Assembly: GCA_041739995.1 (NCBI GenBank)
Contig: JBGSMV010000046.1
Coordinates: 9,774 to 73,773 of the forward strand
Origin: Bdellovibrionota bacterium
GTDB taxonomy: Bacteria > Bdellovibrionota_C > UBA2361 > JBGSMV01
Direction of reading: 5' to 3'
DNA length: 64,000 nt
Under the pieces are notes generated by a model, which saw only the letters and a program-made list of their open reading frames with translations, was not told the DNA's origin and made no database searches. The position numbers were made by a program, and so were the translations under genes. This document shows, piece after piece, positions 21,319 to 30,163 of this stretch (the stretch's first letter is position 1; the number at the start of each line of letters is the position of its first letter).

Positions 21319-21972
21319 ATGAGAGTCACTCGCTGGGGAGAATATGGGATTTTGTGCTGCCTATACTTGGCACGTCGTAGCCTAGCGTCGAGCAGCCTCG
21401 CATCCGGAAATGTAGAGGAGCCAATCGGCGCAACAGAGATCGCCGAACAGCAGAGAATACCTACTCAATACGCCCAACAAATTCTTCATCGCCTCCGTAA
21501 GGGAAACATCATCAAGAGCGTGCGCGGCCCTAAGGGAGGATTTCTCTTAGTAAAAAGTCCAACGGAAACCAACCTACGAGAGATTCTCTATGCGGCCGAG
21601 GGCAAAACCTTCGAGCTCATTTGTGATGCCGATCCAGTTTTCGAAGAAGAATGCGGTGCCGACCATGCCTGTCAGCTACGCGGCGTCTGGCAAGACTTGC
21701 GACACGCAGTGGACTCTCTGCTTGAAAGCAGAACTCTGAGCTTCCTACTCACTTCCGAGGACACGATTCGAGGGTGCCACGGAGATGCTACCCAACCCAC
21801 AAAGCTTGGCTCCGCCAACAATAAGCTTGGCTCCGCTAACAATAAGCCTGGCTCCGCCAATAATGGACAGGGTCAGAACAGTGGGCAGAGAAATTCTCCC
21901 TGCTCATCAGCGCTATCGACCAGCAGCGCAAATACTAACCTCGTATCGCCTCCTCATCGACGCGAAGTATAG
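21319..21972 (+). CDS. Rrf2-family transcriptional regulator (three Cys, likely Fe-S binding)
   Basis: MRVTRWGEYG, EIAEQQRIP..Y..QILHRL, SVRGPKGGF, C-x9-C-x5-C. Confidence 0.92.
   Translation: MRVTRWGEYGILCCLYLARRSLASSSLASGNVEEPIGATEIAEQQRIPTQYAQQILHRLRKGNIIKSVRGPKGGFLLVKSPTETNLREILYAAEGKTFELICDADPVFEEECGADHACQLRGVWQDLRHAVDSLLESRTLSFLLTSEDTIRGCHGDATQPTKLGSANNKLGSANNKPGSANNGQGQNSGQRNSPCSSALSTSSANTNLVSPPHRREV
21802..21864 (+). repeat. 3 x 21-bp coding tandem repeat (KLGSANN)
   Basis: aagcttggctccgccaacaat / aagcttggctccgctaacaat / aagcctggctccgccaataat. Confidence 0.9.
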
Positions 21973-22067
21973 CAGCTTCCCCGAATGCAGATGCAGTGAC
22001 CCGGATGCCGCAACTCTTTTGAGACTGCCGGAGAATCTCAATCCATGGAGCTTCTCCAGACACTCGG

Positions 22068-22556
22068 CTATCGGGTGAAAGTATACTTAAACAGCAGTGG
22101 CTGATCGCCTCGCATCACTTCTATCTGAGCTTCAGACGCATTCTTCAAAAGGCGAACATAATCACGAAATACATCAGGATTGCGCAGATAGCGCTCGCTT
22201 GCAGCGACAAGAATGTCCGCGTTCTGAAGCCCAAGCAGGGTGTAAACGCTGCCTGGATTGATATCGAATAATCGATACAGTGGCTGAGCGCTCACGTCCC
22301 GTGCCGCATACATTTCAATCACTCTAATTTTATTTGTCAGCAGATCTTTCTCGAGAGCGGTCTTCAACTGACTTACAGGGATAGTAAGCTCTATAGTTTT
22401 AATCTCAGGTGGGGTCTCGCGAACTACCGAATACTTCTCGGGCTCTGATTCGAAGAGGCTCGCACAGCCCGTGCTACCAAGACTCAAAACCGCGAGCAAA
22501 ACGCCCTTACAGAGCCAGCTTCCAGCACTTCCGCCATTCATCAAGCACTTCCACAT
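22068..22556 (-). CDS. Lipoprotein with GspC-like PDZ domain
   Basis: Lipobox STGC; YRLFDINPGSVYTLLGLQNADILVA...IEVMRGDQ. Confidence 0.6.
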   Translation of the reverse strand: MWKCLMNGGSAGSWLCKGVLLAVLSLGSTGCASLFESEPEKYSVVRETPPEIKTIELTIPVSQLKTALEKDLLTNKIRVIEMYAARDVSAQPLYRLFDINPGSVYTLLGLQNADILVAASERYLRNPDVFRDYVRLLKNASEAQIEVMRGDQPLLFKYTFTR

Positions 22557-22694
22557 ACCTTGTATTCCTCAAAAATTAAGGCAAACCAAAAACCCAGGTA
22601 AACGTTCACATCGAATCTACTAATCTGCGCAAACCGCAAAAATGACTCGCCCCCTCAGGGGTCGATTTGCGGAGCAAATCATGGGGTGAAAAAC

Positions 22695-22817
22695 TATCCG
22701 TTCACAAAATGCAGCCGTCTCCGATCAGGGGACGACCACCGAATTGCCACCACTCAATTATTTTTCAGCCCAATAACTAACTAACACCGCCAGTTAATTT
22801 TACCGTGTGAACGGATA
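22695..22817. repeat. 123-bp element bounded by perfect 12-bp inverted repeats (MITE-like)
   Basis: TATCCGTTCACA ... TGTGAACGGATA. Confidence 0.5.
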
Positions 22818-22865
22818 CAAACCCAAACACTCACCAGAATCTCGAAGACTCCCTCAAAGAACAAC

Positions 22866-23528
22866 CTAGCTATCAGCTGTTCCTTCACCAAGAATCTGAT
22901 CGATCCAGCTCAAAGTTCCCCGTACCAGGCGGCACCGCTCGGCCACAAGAATCGACTGCACACTGGCACAAGCAACTTCAAGATCCTCGTTTACTACTAG
23001 GTATTCACCGCCCTGCCCTGATAAATAGGCCTCTCGAATAAGGCGATACTCCTCTTCGGCGGTCTGCAATCGTTTTGCTAACTCCGCAGGCGAAACAGCA
23101 CCACGCGCCAACACTCTCCCGCCCACATCCTGAAACGAGGGAGGCATCAGAAATACTATAACGGTCTGTTTATCAAACTGCGCAGAAAGACTGCGCGCCC
23201 CCCGGATATCAATATCAAATACCTGATCCTGCCCTGCCTGGATGGCCTGCTCTAACGGAGCCCGCATCGTACCGTATAGATTGCCGTGTATTTCTTCCCA
23301 CTCAAAAAAAGCGTTCGCTTGGACTTGCACCATAAAGTCAGCACGAGATACGAAATGATAGCTTTCGCCCTCCTGCTCACTCTTACGCTTTGGTCTTGAA
23401 GTAACCGACACTGACTTTCGGAGTGCGCCATCACTAGAACTAATCATCCGCTCTGCAATGGTCGTCTTGCCGCCGCCAGCTGGTCCTACCAAACAGAGCA
23501 GTATGCCTTCTCTAACTATCTCTAACAC
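22866..23528 (-). CDS. gmk: Guanylate kinase
   Basis: GPAGGGKTT, SVSVTSRPKR, YHFVS, FFEWEEIHGNLYGT, DIDIRGA. Confidence 0.95.
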   Translation of the reverse strand: MLEIVREGILLCLVGPAGGGKTTIAERMISSSDGALRKSVSVTSRPKRKSEQEGESYHFVSRADFMVQVQANAFFEWEEIHGNLYGTMRAPLEQAIQAGQDQVFDIDIRGARSLSAQFDKQTVIVFLMPPSFQDVGGRVLARGAVSPAELAKRLQTAEEEYRLIREAYLSGQGGEYLVVNEDLEVACASVQSILVAERCRLVRGTLSWIDQILGEGTADS

Positions 23529-23624
23529 ATGACTCCTCGGTCTCTAGGTCGCGGGCCCTAAGTTGAAAACCGCTATCCAAGCTTGGTAGCCCAACTTCGA
23601 CAGCTCGCGATTGATTAGATTCAC

Positions 23625-24689
23625 TTATGCAATATTTTGAACCTGCTCTCGAAGTTTCTCAATTTCCACCTTTGATTCGATCATGACGCCCTGCATCTCA
23701 CTGTCCTGCGCCTTTGATCCAATGGTGTTGAACTCGCGATGAATTTCCTGAAGCAGAAAATCGAATCTCTTACCCGAGGGCTCAGACTCAAGCGTCTCAG
23801 CAAACTGGGTGAGATGACTATTGAGTCTCACCAGCTCCTCTGTAATGTCGGCCCTGTCAGCGAGCAACACCACCTCTGAAGCCACTCGCGCTTCGTCAAG
23901 CACAACCTCAGGCGATAACTTTCGCACACGCTCAAGCAGCTTGCTCCTTAGGTTGTCATGAACAACTTTCGAACGCGCCAAGATTCGAGCACGCATACTC
24001 ACTAAGTGCGAGATTCGCAGTTGTAAATCTTGGCTCAGCGCCAACCCTTCAGCTCTCTGCATCTCACGCACCTTGGCAAGCGCCGCACGCAGAGTCTCAA
24101 TCAATATTTTTTGCTCGCCTTCCTGGTCGACTAGTTGCTCAACCGTAAGGCTCACATCCTGGCGACGCAGCACGTCTTTGACTAATTCGGCCTTTAGACT
24201 GATTAACTGCTGCGGCGACAGTCCCGCACAGTGCGGAGAAGCTTCAAGCGCACGAGTCTGCGCCTCACAAAGCTCGTCGAACAGCACCTGGTCAAGCTGC
24301 ACTCGACCAAATTGTTTTGCCGAGTTCGATTTAGTGTCGCGCCTCCCCGCAGGACGTGAGTCCACGACTCTGCCAACATATACGTCGACTCTGCCACGAG
24401 TAATTTCTTCTGAGATCAACTTCTTCAAGTCCGATTCAAAAGACCCATAAAGACGCGGCAGTTTCATCGAAATGTCTAGGAAGCGATGATTGACGCACCG
24501 CACTTCGACCTGCACACAGAGCCCTGCTTGCCGTCGTTCAGCATAACCATAACCGGTCATGCTCAAGATCCCTGCCTTTGAAGAACCTCGACCTGCCTTC
24601 TTCCCGCCAGAGCTCCCTTTGTTCTGCGCAGCGAGGCGTTGGCCTGAACCCCGTTTCTCCGCACTGCCTGTCTGCGCACTCCTAGTCAT
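23625..24689 (-). CDS. yicC: YicC/YloC-family endoribonuclease
   Basis: SMTGYG, VNHRFLD, DITEELVRLNSH, GKRFDFLLQEIHREFNTIGSK, EKLREQVQN; upstream of gmk as is usual. Confidence 0.93.
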   Translation of the reverse strand: MTRSAQTGSAEKRGSGQRLAAQNKGSSGGKKAGRGSSKAGILSMTGYGYAERRQAGLCVQVEVRCVNHRFLDISMKLPRLYGSFESDLKKLISEEITRGRVDVYVGRVVDSRPAGRRDTKSNSAKQFGRVQLDQVLFDELCEAQTRALEASPHCAGLSPQQLISLKAELVKDVLRRQDVSLTVEQLVDQEGEQKILIETLRAALAKVREMQRAEGLALSQDLQLRISHLVSMRARILARSKVVHDNLRSKLLERVRKLSPEVVLDEARVASEVVLLADRADITEELVRLNSHLTQFAETLESEPSGKRFDFLLQEIHREFNTIGSKAQDSEMQGVMIESKVEIEKLREQVQNIA

Positions 24690-25795
24690 CGAGAGCCCTT
24701 AACAATTGAGGTGCTGCCGTCAGTCGCCGCGTCTGTGCTCCGCAGGATCTCCGCTCTCACCTTTTCCGTCGTAGCCGCAACCGTGCCCACTTCGGAGACC
24801 ACAACACCCGCTCCGATGTTGGCCAGGTCGCCCGCCACCTGAACTGACGATCCAGAAGACAGTGCCGCCGTGAAAATTGCGGTTACGGTATCTCCCGCTC
24901 CGCTGACGTCGAAAACTTCTCGAGCAGCGGTACTACGAAACAGCGGCTCTGGGTTGTCCCGCGAGAGCATCATCAAGCCGTCCTCTCCCAGGGTAATCAT
25001 CACCAAGTCGGAGCCCCACAACTTGATCAGTACCTCTCCGGCAAGTTTGGCCGATCTCAGATCGGTAATAGCAAATCCCACCGCCGCTTCGGCCTCCTTG
25101 CGATTAGGCTTTACGATTGGGATCTCTCGGTAGATGGCGTAATTCGTCGGATGCGGATCCAAAACCAACGGTCGTTTCTTTACGGAAAGTTCTCCGGCCG
25201 CGCGCGCAGCCACGATGCGCTTAATGAGAGCATCTGAAATGGCGCCCTTACCGTAGTCAGAAATCACCAATCCCTTTGAAGCTTTCAGGTGGGTATCCAC
25301 CATGGCCGCGAAGCCTTCACTCAAGCCCGCTCCAAGTGCCCCCTTCTTCTCGCGGTCAATACGAACGAGTTGTTGACGACTGGCGACCACCCGCGTTTTC
25401 AAAGCGGTAGGGCGACCTCGATCGATCATCACTCCGTCACGCTCAATTTCGTCCTGCTCCAAGAGTGCGAGAACTTGCGCTCCCTCGTCATCGTCTCCGA
25501 TGAAGCCGCACAGAGACACGGTTGCTCCCAGCGCTCTCAAATTTCTCGCCACGTTTGCCGCGCCGCCAAGACGATCCTCAACGCGCTGCACTTCAACGAT
25601 GGGCACCGGCGCTTCAGGCGAAATGCGGTCGACCCGACCCCACACGTAGCGGTCAAGTATAATGTCGCCAACGACCAGTAACGGGGTGCCCGCGATACGG
25701 TCTAGGGCCGCAAGTAGCTGCTCGGCGTCAGGATTGGGTACTGGAAGAGGCGCCGTTGGAGTATTCACAAAGGTAATCCCTGGTATTGGTGTCAC
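24686..25795 (-). CDS. rfaE1: D-glycero-beta-D-manno-heptose-7-phosphate kinase (RfaE1/HldA, PfkB family)
   Basis: VGDIILDRY, RISPEAPVP, GGAANVA, SDYGKG, KPNRKEA, DVSGAGDTV; no adenylyltransferase domain. Confidence 0.93.
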   Translation of the reverse strand: MTPIPGITFVNTPTAPLPVPNPDAEQLLAALDRIAGTPLLVVGDIILDRYVWGRVDRISPEAPVPIVEVQRVEDRLGGAANVARNLRALGATVSLCGFIGDDDEGAQVLALLEQDEIERDGVMIDRGRPTALKTRVVASRQQLVRIDREKKGALGAGLSEGFAAMVDTHLKASKGLVISDYGKGAISDALIKRIVAARAAGELSVKKRPLVLDPHPTNYAIYREIPIVKPNRKEAEAAVGFAITDLRSAKLAGEVLIKLWGSDLVMITLGEDGLMMLSRDNPEPLFRSTAAREVFDVSGAGDTVTAIFTAALSSGSSVQVAGDLANIGAGVVVSEVGTVAATTEKVRAEILRSTDAATDGSTSIVKGSR

Positions 25796-25869
25796 TAGAA
25801 GCTAATGAAGCCACCCTCGTATCGCAAGAGCTCAAGCAAATTAGTAGCTTAAACCCGGGGGTTGCCCTG

Positions 25870-27027
25870 TCACTTTAGCCCCAAAGCACCTCCAGCCGTA
25901 TCATTTTGGAGAACGATATAGGGCCTAAGTGCGTCAAACACGGCTTCGGGGCTTATCAAACGCATACACACCCGATTAAGCCCTGGGCAGACTCTTCGAT
26001 AGCAAGGAGAACAGCCTAACGAGGCGCTGAGTACCGCCACCTGATTTTGGAGACCACCCTGAGAGCCCTTAATAATCGGCGCAGTTCGGGCCGAAGACGT
26101 TGGGCCAAATAAACCGACGACCGGTACTCCCAACCCGGCGGCGATGTGCCCTGGACCAGAGTCCGGCCCGACCACCACTGTTGATTCAGCCAATAATCCC
26201 ACGAGCTCCTCAAGGGAAGTCTGTGCGACCATGTCGACTACCCGAGCGGATTTCTCGGTCGGTAGAGCCGTGTCTTTCTTGCCTTGCTTGGAAAGCGCCG
26301 CAGCCACACTCCCTGCCAGCTCAATTTGAGACCGGTCGCCGACCAATACGAGCGAGTGCGAGGTTTCTGCTAACAACTTCTGCCCAAGCGACAGGTACCC
26401 AGACGCGAGCCAATTCTTGGACTCCCAGGAGCTCCCCATCACGCACACCACATAATTTTTTGAGCGTAGTCCCTTGGACGCCGGTAGGTTCGCATTTCCT
26501 AGAGAGAGCTCACTACCGTAGTCCTGCGCAGTACGGGGAATTTCCAGAAGATCGAGAAAGCGTTGATACACTTCTCCCTTGTTCTCCAAATCTTCGTCAA
26601 AGGCGCGGATTCGCTCGGTTGAAAGCAGCCAATTTCCTTCCTTGGCGTTCGCGCGAGCGAAGCCGATGCGACGCGGGCACCTGGAAAGCCAGGTCACCAG
26701 CGCGCTCTTGGCGTGGCGCTGCAAATCCAGCGCCACATCATAGCGCTCACGTCGAAGCTCTTTAACAAAGTCCAGCTGAGATTGCAGACCCTTTGCGCGC
26801 GGGAACACCACGACCCGATCCACCTGCGTCGACAATCGCACAAGCCCTTCTGACTTGGGCTCGACCACCCACGTCACTCGAGCATGCGGCCAGTGGCGCT
26901 TGATGCGCGGAACGAGCGTAAGACCACGGGCGACATCGCCAATCGAACCCATGAGAGTGACAAGAATTCGGTGAGAAGGAGAAACCTCTCCGTCCTGCCT
27001 TTCAATAGGATGCTTGTTATCAGACAT
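25870..27027 (-). CDS. GT9 LPS heptosyltransferase
   Basis: SIGDV, YDVALDLQRHAKS, DSGPGHIAA, GLFGPTS, CSPCYRRVCP. Confidence 0.9.
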   Translation of the reverse strand: MSDNKHPIERQDGEVSPSHRILVTLMGSIGDVARGLTLVPRIKRHWPHARVTWVVEPKSEGLVRLSTQVDRVVVFPRAKGLQSQLDFVKELRRERYDVALDLQRHAKSALVTWLSRCPRRIGFARANAKEGNWLLSTERIRAFDEDLENKGEVYQRFLDLLEIPRTAQDYGSELSLGNANLPASKGLRSKNYVVCVMGSSWESKNWLASGYLSLGQKLLAETSHSLVLVGDRSQIELAGSVAAALSKQGKKDTALPTEKSARVVDMVAQTSLEELVGLLAESTVVVGPDSGPGHIAAGLGVPVVGLFGPTSSARTAPIIKGSQGGLQNQVAVLSASLGCSPCYRRVCPGLNRVCMRLISPEAVFDALRPYIVLQNDTAGGALGLK

Positions 27028-27030
27028 GAG

Positions 27031-27768
27031 CTAGCATCCCTGAGCTGCCACCTGCCGCAGCTCCATCGCCATTAACTCAGAGAGAGTCTCTGGCAGAGAG
27101 TGCTTAATCACTGCTCGACGCCAGCGCCGCAAGTACTGATCCCTAAGGTCGCGCTCGCTACCGTCAAAGGCTGCCGCATTGTCAAAATCCACTACGTGCA
27201 CTCGCCCTGACTGATCGACCAACACGTTCCCCGGATGCAGATCTACGTGCAGTACTTTATTCTCAATCAGAATGCGCACCTGCCGAGCCAGGTCGTTAAT
27301 GAGTTTCTCCGGCCCAAAACGCTCAAGCACTGAAGTCTCCGCAAGACGTCCATGTTCGGCAATCTCACGCATGAGCAACCAGCCTTCGTAGCAAAGTGCT
27401 CCTCGAGTAGCGAAAGCGATTGGTTCGGGCGCTTCGACCCCAAGACAACGAACCTGTTCAAGCAGTTCAAACTCTACCTGAGGCCTTACCCTCCCAATGC
27501 GCAGATAATATCGTGAATTCAAAAATCGCATCACGCCTCCACGCAGGTAACGCTTCACCGCGATCGACCCTAAACCGTCTACTTTTTGAATCGCCACTCC
27601 GCCACGACCTCCAAGCGGCATGCGCTCGCGCTTGGGCACTTCTGACAATAGCAACGCAAGCGCAGAGAGTTGCTCAGTGGTGAGCGAGTGCGTGAACCCA
27701 AAGCGGTAGTCGCCTACACGAGCGACCCGAAGTTCGGAGCGCCCTGCCGTGTCATTCGTTTCTCGCAT
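27031..27768 (-). CDS. Kdo kinase / LPS kinase (KdkA-like)
   Basis: GGRGG, VKRYLRGG, EF..L, HVDLHPGNVL, VDFD. Confidence 0.8.
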   Translation of the reverse strand: MRETNDTAGRSELRVARVGDYRFGFTHSLTTEQLSALALLLSEVPKRERMPLGGRGGVAIQKVDGLGSIAVKRYLRGGVMRFLNSRYYLRIGRVRPQVEFELLEQVRCLGVEAPEPIAFATRGALCYEGWLLMREIAEHGRLAETSVLERFGPEKLINDLARQVRILIENKVLHVDLHPGNVLVDQSGRVHVVDFDNAAAFDGSERDLRDQYLRRWRRAVIKHSLPETLSELMAMELRQVAAQGC

Positions 27769-28823
27769 TAAATCCTCATCCCTGAATCTGCCATCCCCGA
27801 ATCAGATTGCGCATGCGCCGCGAGCATCCGCTTCAGCTCTTCGTATACCAAGTCACTGCCAAGCTCGTACATGCATGCGTTTGTACCTGTAGGGCAGACC
27901 TTTCCGCCGTGACGCGCACACGGCTTGCAGGCCAGTCCCTCTTTCTCGACTACTGCGGCAAAAGGGTTATTCCACGGGCCAAACCCGAACTGGGGCGAGG
28001 TCGCACAAAAAACCGCTACAGTCGGCCGCTTGAGCGCAGAAGCAACGTGCAAAGCAAAGCTATCATTACAGACCACGCCATTTGCATGAGCCACACAGCA
28101 CAAGAACTCTTCTATTGAAGTCTCCCCGCAGAGATTTCGGACCTTCAGCCCCTCGGCGACCCGATCAGCGGTCTCTCTTTCGTCGCGGGCGCCAAGAATC
28201 ACGACCTCCACGCCCTCCTGGGCAAGACGCATGCAAAGCTCGCGGTAACGCTCCCAGGCCCAACGTTTCGTATACCAAACACTTCCCGGCACCAGCACGA
28301 TGTAGCTCCCTTGCTGTGGTAGTCGCTCACGTACTGATTCTCGCATCTGAGCAAGCGGAATGGGGTGTACTCGGAGAGACGTATCAAAGCGAGGGATCCC
28401 ACTCTGATCCGAGAGGATTGCCAAATTTCTAAGTACATCGTGCGAGTACTCTGAGCGACCGATAGTGCGGTGAAAGGCAAACGGAAACGCCGCCTCTTTA
28501 AAACCGATACGCTCAGGTATTCCAGAGAGCATCATCAACAGCGCCGTGCGCCACGATCGATGTAAAACAAACGCGCGCGCAAATTCGCGCTCTCTCAAAG
28601 TGCGAGACAGCGCTATGAGCCCACCAACTCCGGCGTGCGCACCGCGCTTATCAAAGGTAAGAGTACCGGCTACCAAAGGGTCGGAACGAAAGATTGGCTC
28701 AGCCAGAGGTGTCGAAAGCGTCCATAGCTCCGTATCAGGAAACAGCGTACGAATCCCTGCAACCACTGGGGTTGAGAGAAGGGAGTCTCCCAAAAAGCTG
28801 GTCTGAACCAAAAGCGTGCGCAT
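27768..28823 (-). CDS. waaF: LPS heptosyltransferase II (GT9)
   Basis: QTSFLGD, PGSVWYTKRW, NDSFALHVASA, CKPCARHGGKVCP. Confidence 0.8.
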   Translation of the reverse strand: MRTLLVQTSFLGDSLLSTPVVAGIRTLFPDTELWTLSTPLAEPIFRSDPLVAGTLTFDKRGAHAGVGGLIALSRTLREREFARAFVLHRSWRTALLMMLSGIPERIGFKEAAFPFAFHRTIGRSEYSHDVLRNLAILSDQSGIPRFDTSLRVHPIPLAQMRESVRERLPQQGSYIVLVPGSVWYTKRWAWERYRELCMRLAQEGVEVVILGARDERETADRVAEGLKVRNLCGETSIEEFLCCVAHANGVVCNDSFALHVASALKRPTVAVFCATSPQFGFGPWNNPFAAVVEKEGLACKPCARHGGKVCPTGTNACMYELGSDLVYEELKRMLAAHAQSDSGMADSGMRI

Positions 28824-28870
28824 GCAAGAACATTAGAGGTTAATTAGGGAGCTTCTAAAAACTCCAGTTT

Positions 28871-28970
28871 TAGATCTTGGTGCGCTTTGTGGTCTTCGTG
28901 GTTAAATCGAATTTGGTCAATTTCTAGAGTTTATTTGCACCACTAAGACCATTAAGACCACTAAGATTTA
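28871..28970. repeat. REP-like inverted repeat built from 3 x 9-bp units
   Basis: Left arm tagatcttggtgcgctttgtggtcttcgtggttaaa matches the reverse complement of right arm caccactaagaccattaagaccactaagattta. Confidence 0.65.
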
Positions 28971-29945
28971 GCTTTTCAGCGGCTCCCTAGATAAATTGCT
29001 TAACAGATCTCGAAGCCAGTTGATTTCTCGTTCGATGCCAGTGGCAAGCCCAATTTTTGGTGAAAATCCGAGTTTGGCGCGGATTAGCGATGTATCGGCG
29101 CTGGTATGGCGCGCGTCCCCTGCCTGTCGTTCGCTTCGCTTAATATCAAGCGGGCCGACATGCTCGGAAATTATGGCAAGCACCTCATTCACAGTTGCCT
29201 GAACGCCGCCACCCACATTGAACACCGCTCCGCTCTCACCGAGCTGAGCGGCCAGCACATTCGCCTCAACGATATCATCGATAAAAGTGAAGTCCCGTGA
29301 CTGCTCACCATCACCGTAAAGCGGCACCGGCTCACGCGTTAGGCCTGCGCGAATGAACTTATGAAAAGCCATGTCGGGGCGTTGCCGTGGCCCGAATACA
29401 GTAAAATAGCGCAACGATACGGTGGGCACATCGAACTCTTGCGCATACAGCACCATCAAGTGCTCAGCCGCGAGTTTGCTCACGCCGTAGGGACTTACTG
29501 GTCGAGGACGCTCGCTCTCTGGGGTAGGAAACTTCTCTGCATCTCCGTACACAGAGGAGCTAGATGCGTATACCAACTTACGGAGAGAGGAACTCCCTTT
29601 AAGTGCTTCAAGCAGTCTCTGAGTGGCGAGAATATTATGGTCTGTATAGGTCTGAAAGGTAGTGCCCCAACTCGCTCGAACGCCAGCCTGGGCAGCCTGA
29701 TGGAACACCAGTTCCGCACCGCCAACCCACTCATTAACCGGTCCGTCGAAGAGACTCGCCTCAATGAAACGGAAGCTTTTGTGTTGGCGGGCCCCAATGA
29801 GATTTCGTTCTTTAATGGCTCTCGGGTAGTAATTCAGAAAGGTATCAACCCCAATGACCTCGTGACCGTCACTAAGCAGGCGATCGCACAAGCTTGAGCC
29901 AATAAATCCAGCAGCGCCGGTAACTAAGCACTTCATATTTCCCAT
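28968..29945 (-). CDS. NAD-dependent nucleotide-sugar epimerase/dehydratase (extended SDR)
   Basis: TGAAGFIGS, HQAAQAGVRAS, ASSSSVYG, YGVSK (YxxxK), RYFTVFGPRQRPDMAF. Confidence 0.93.
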   Translation of the reverse strand: MGNMKCLVTGAAGFIGSSLCDRLLSDGHEVIGVDTFLNYYPRAIKERNLIGARQHKSFRFIEASLFDGPVNEWVGGAELVFHQAAQAGVRASWGTTFQTYTDHNILATQRLLEALKGSSSLRKLVYASSSSVYGDAEKFPTPESERPRPVSPYGVSKLAAEHLMVLYAQEFDVPTVSLRYFTVFGPRQRPDMAFHKFIRAGLTREPVPLYGDGEQSRDFTFIDDIVEANVLAAQLGESGAVFNVGGGVQATVNEVLAIISEHVGPLDIKRSERQAGDARHTSADTSLIRAKLGFSPKIGLATGIEREINWLRDLLSNLSREPLKS

Positions 29946-30163
29946 ATTCTCCAGGTGCCCCCTAAGCTATAGAAACGTCTCAAGAGGAGCAACCGCAGGT
30001 CCGTTATAGCTGTTAGCATGCTGACCGGCCCGTTCGGGGCCACATTGGACCTCTGGGTCGGGACGAAGAGACGGATTCGGCTAGTTCCCCCGGAGGCCTA
30101 TGGGTAGCGAGGAATTTTTGCACGATATCAGCCTCGGCGAGCTAATTGAATTTAAGGGGTCGA

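Noticed and set aside
21802..21864. Tandem repeats as a possible CRISPR array
   Set aside because: No spacers, in-frame coding repeat, no cas genes.
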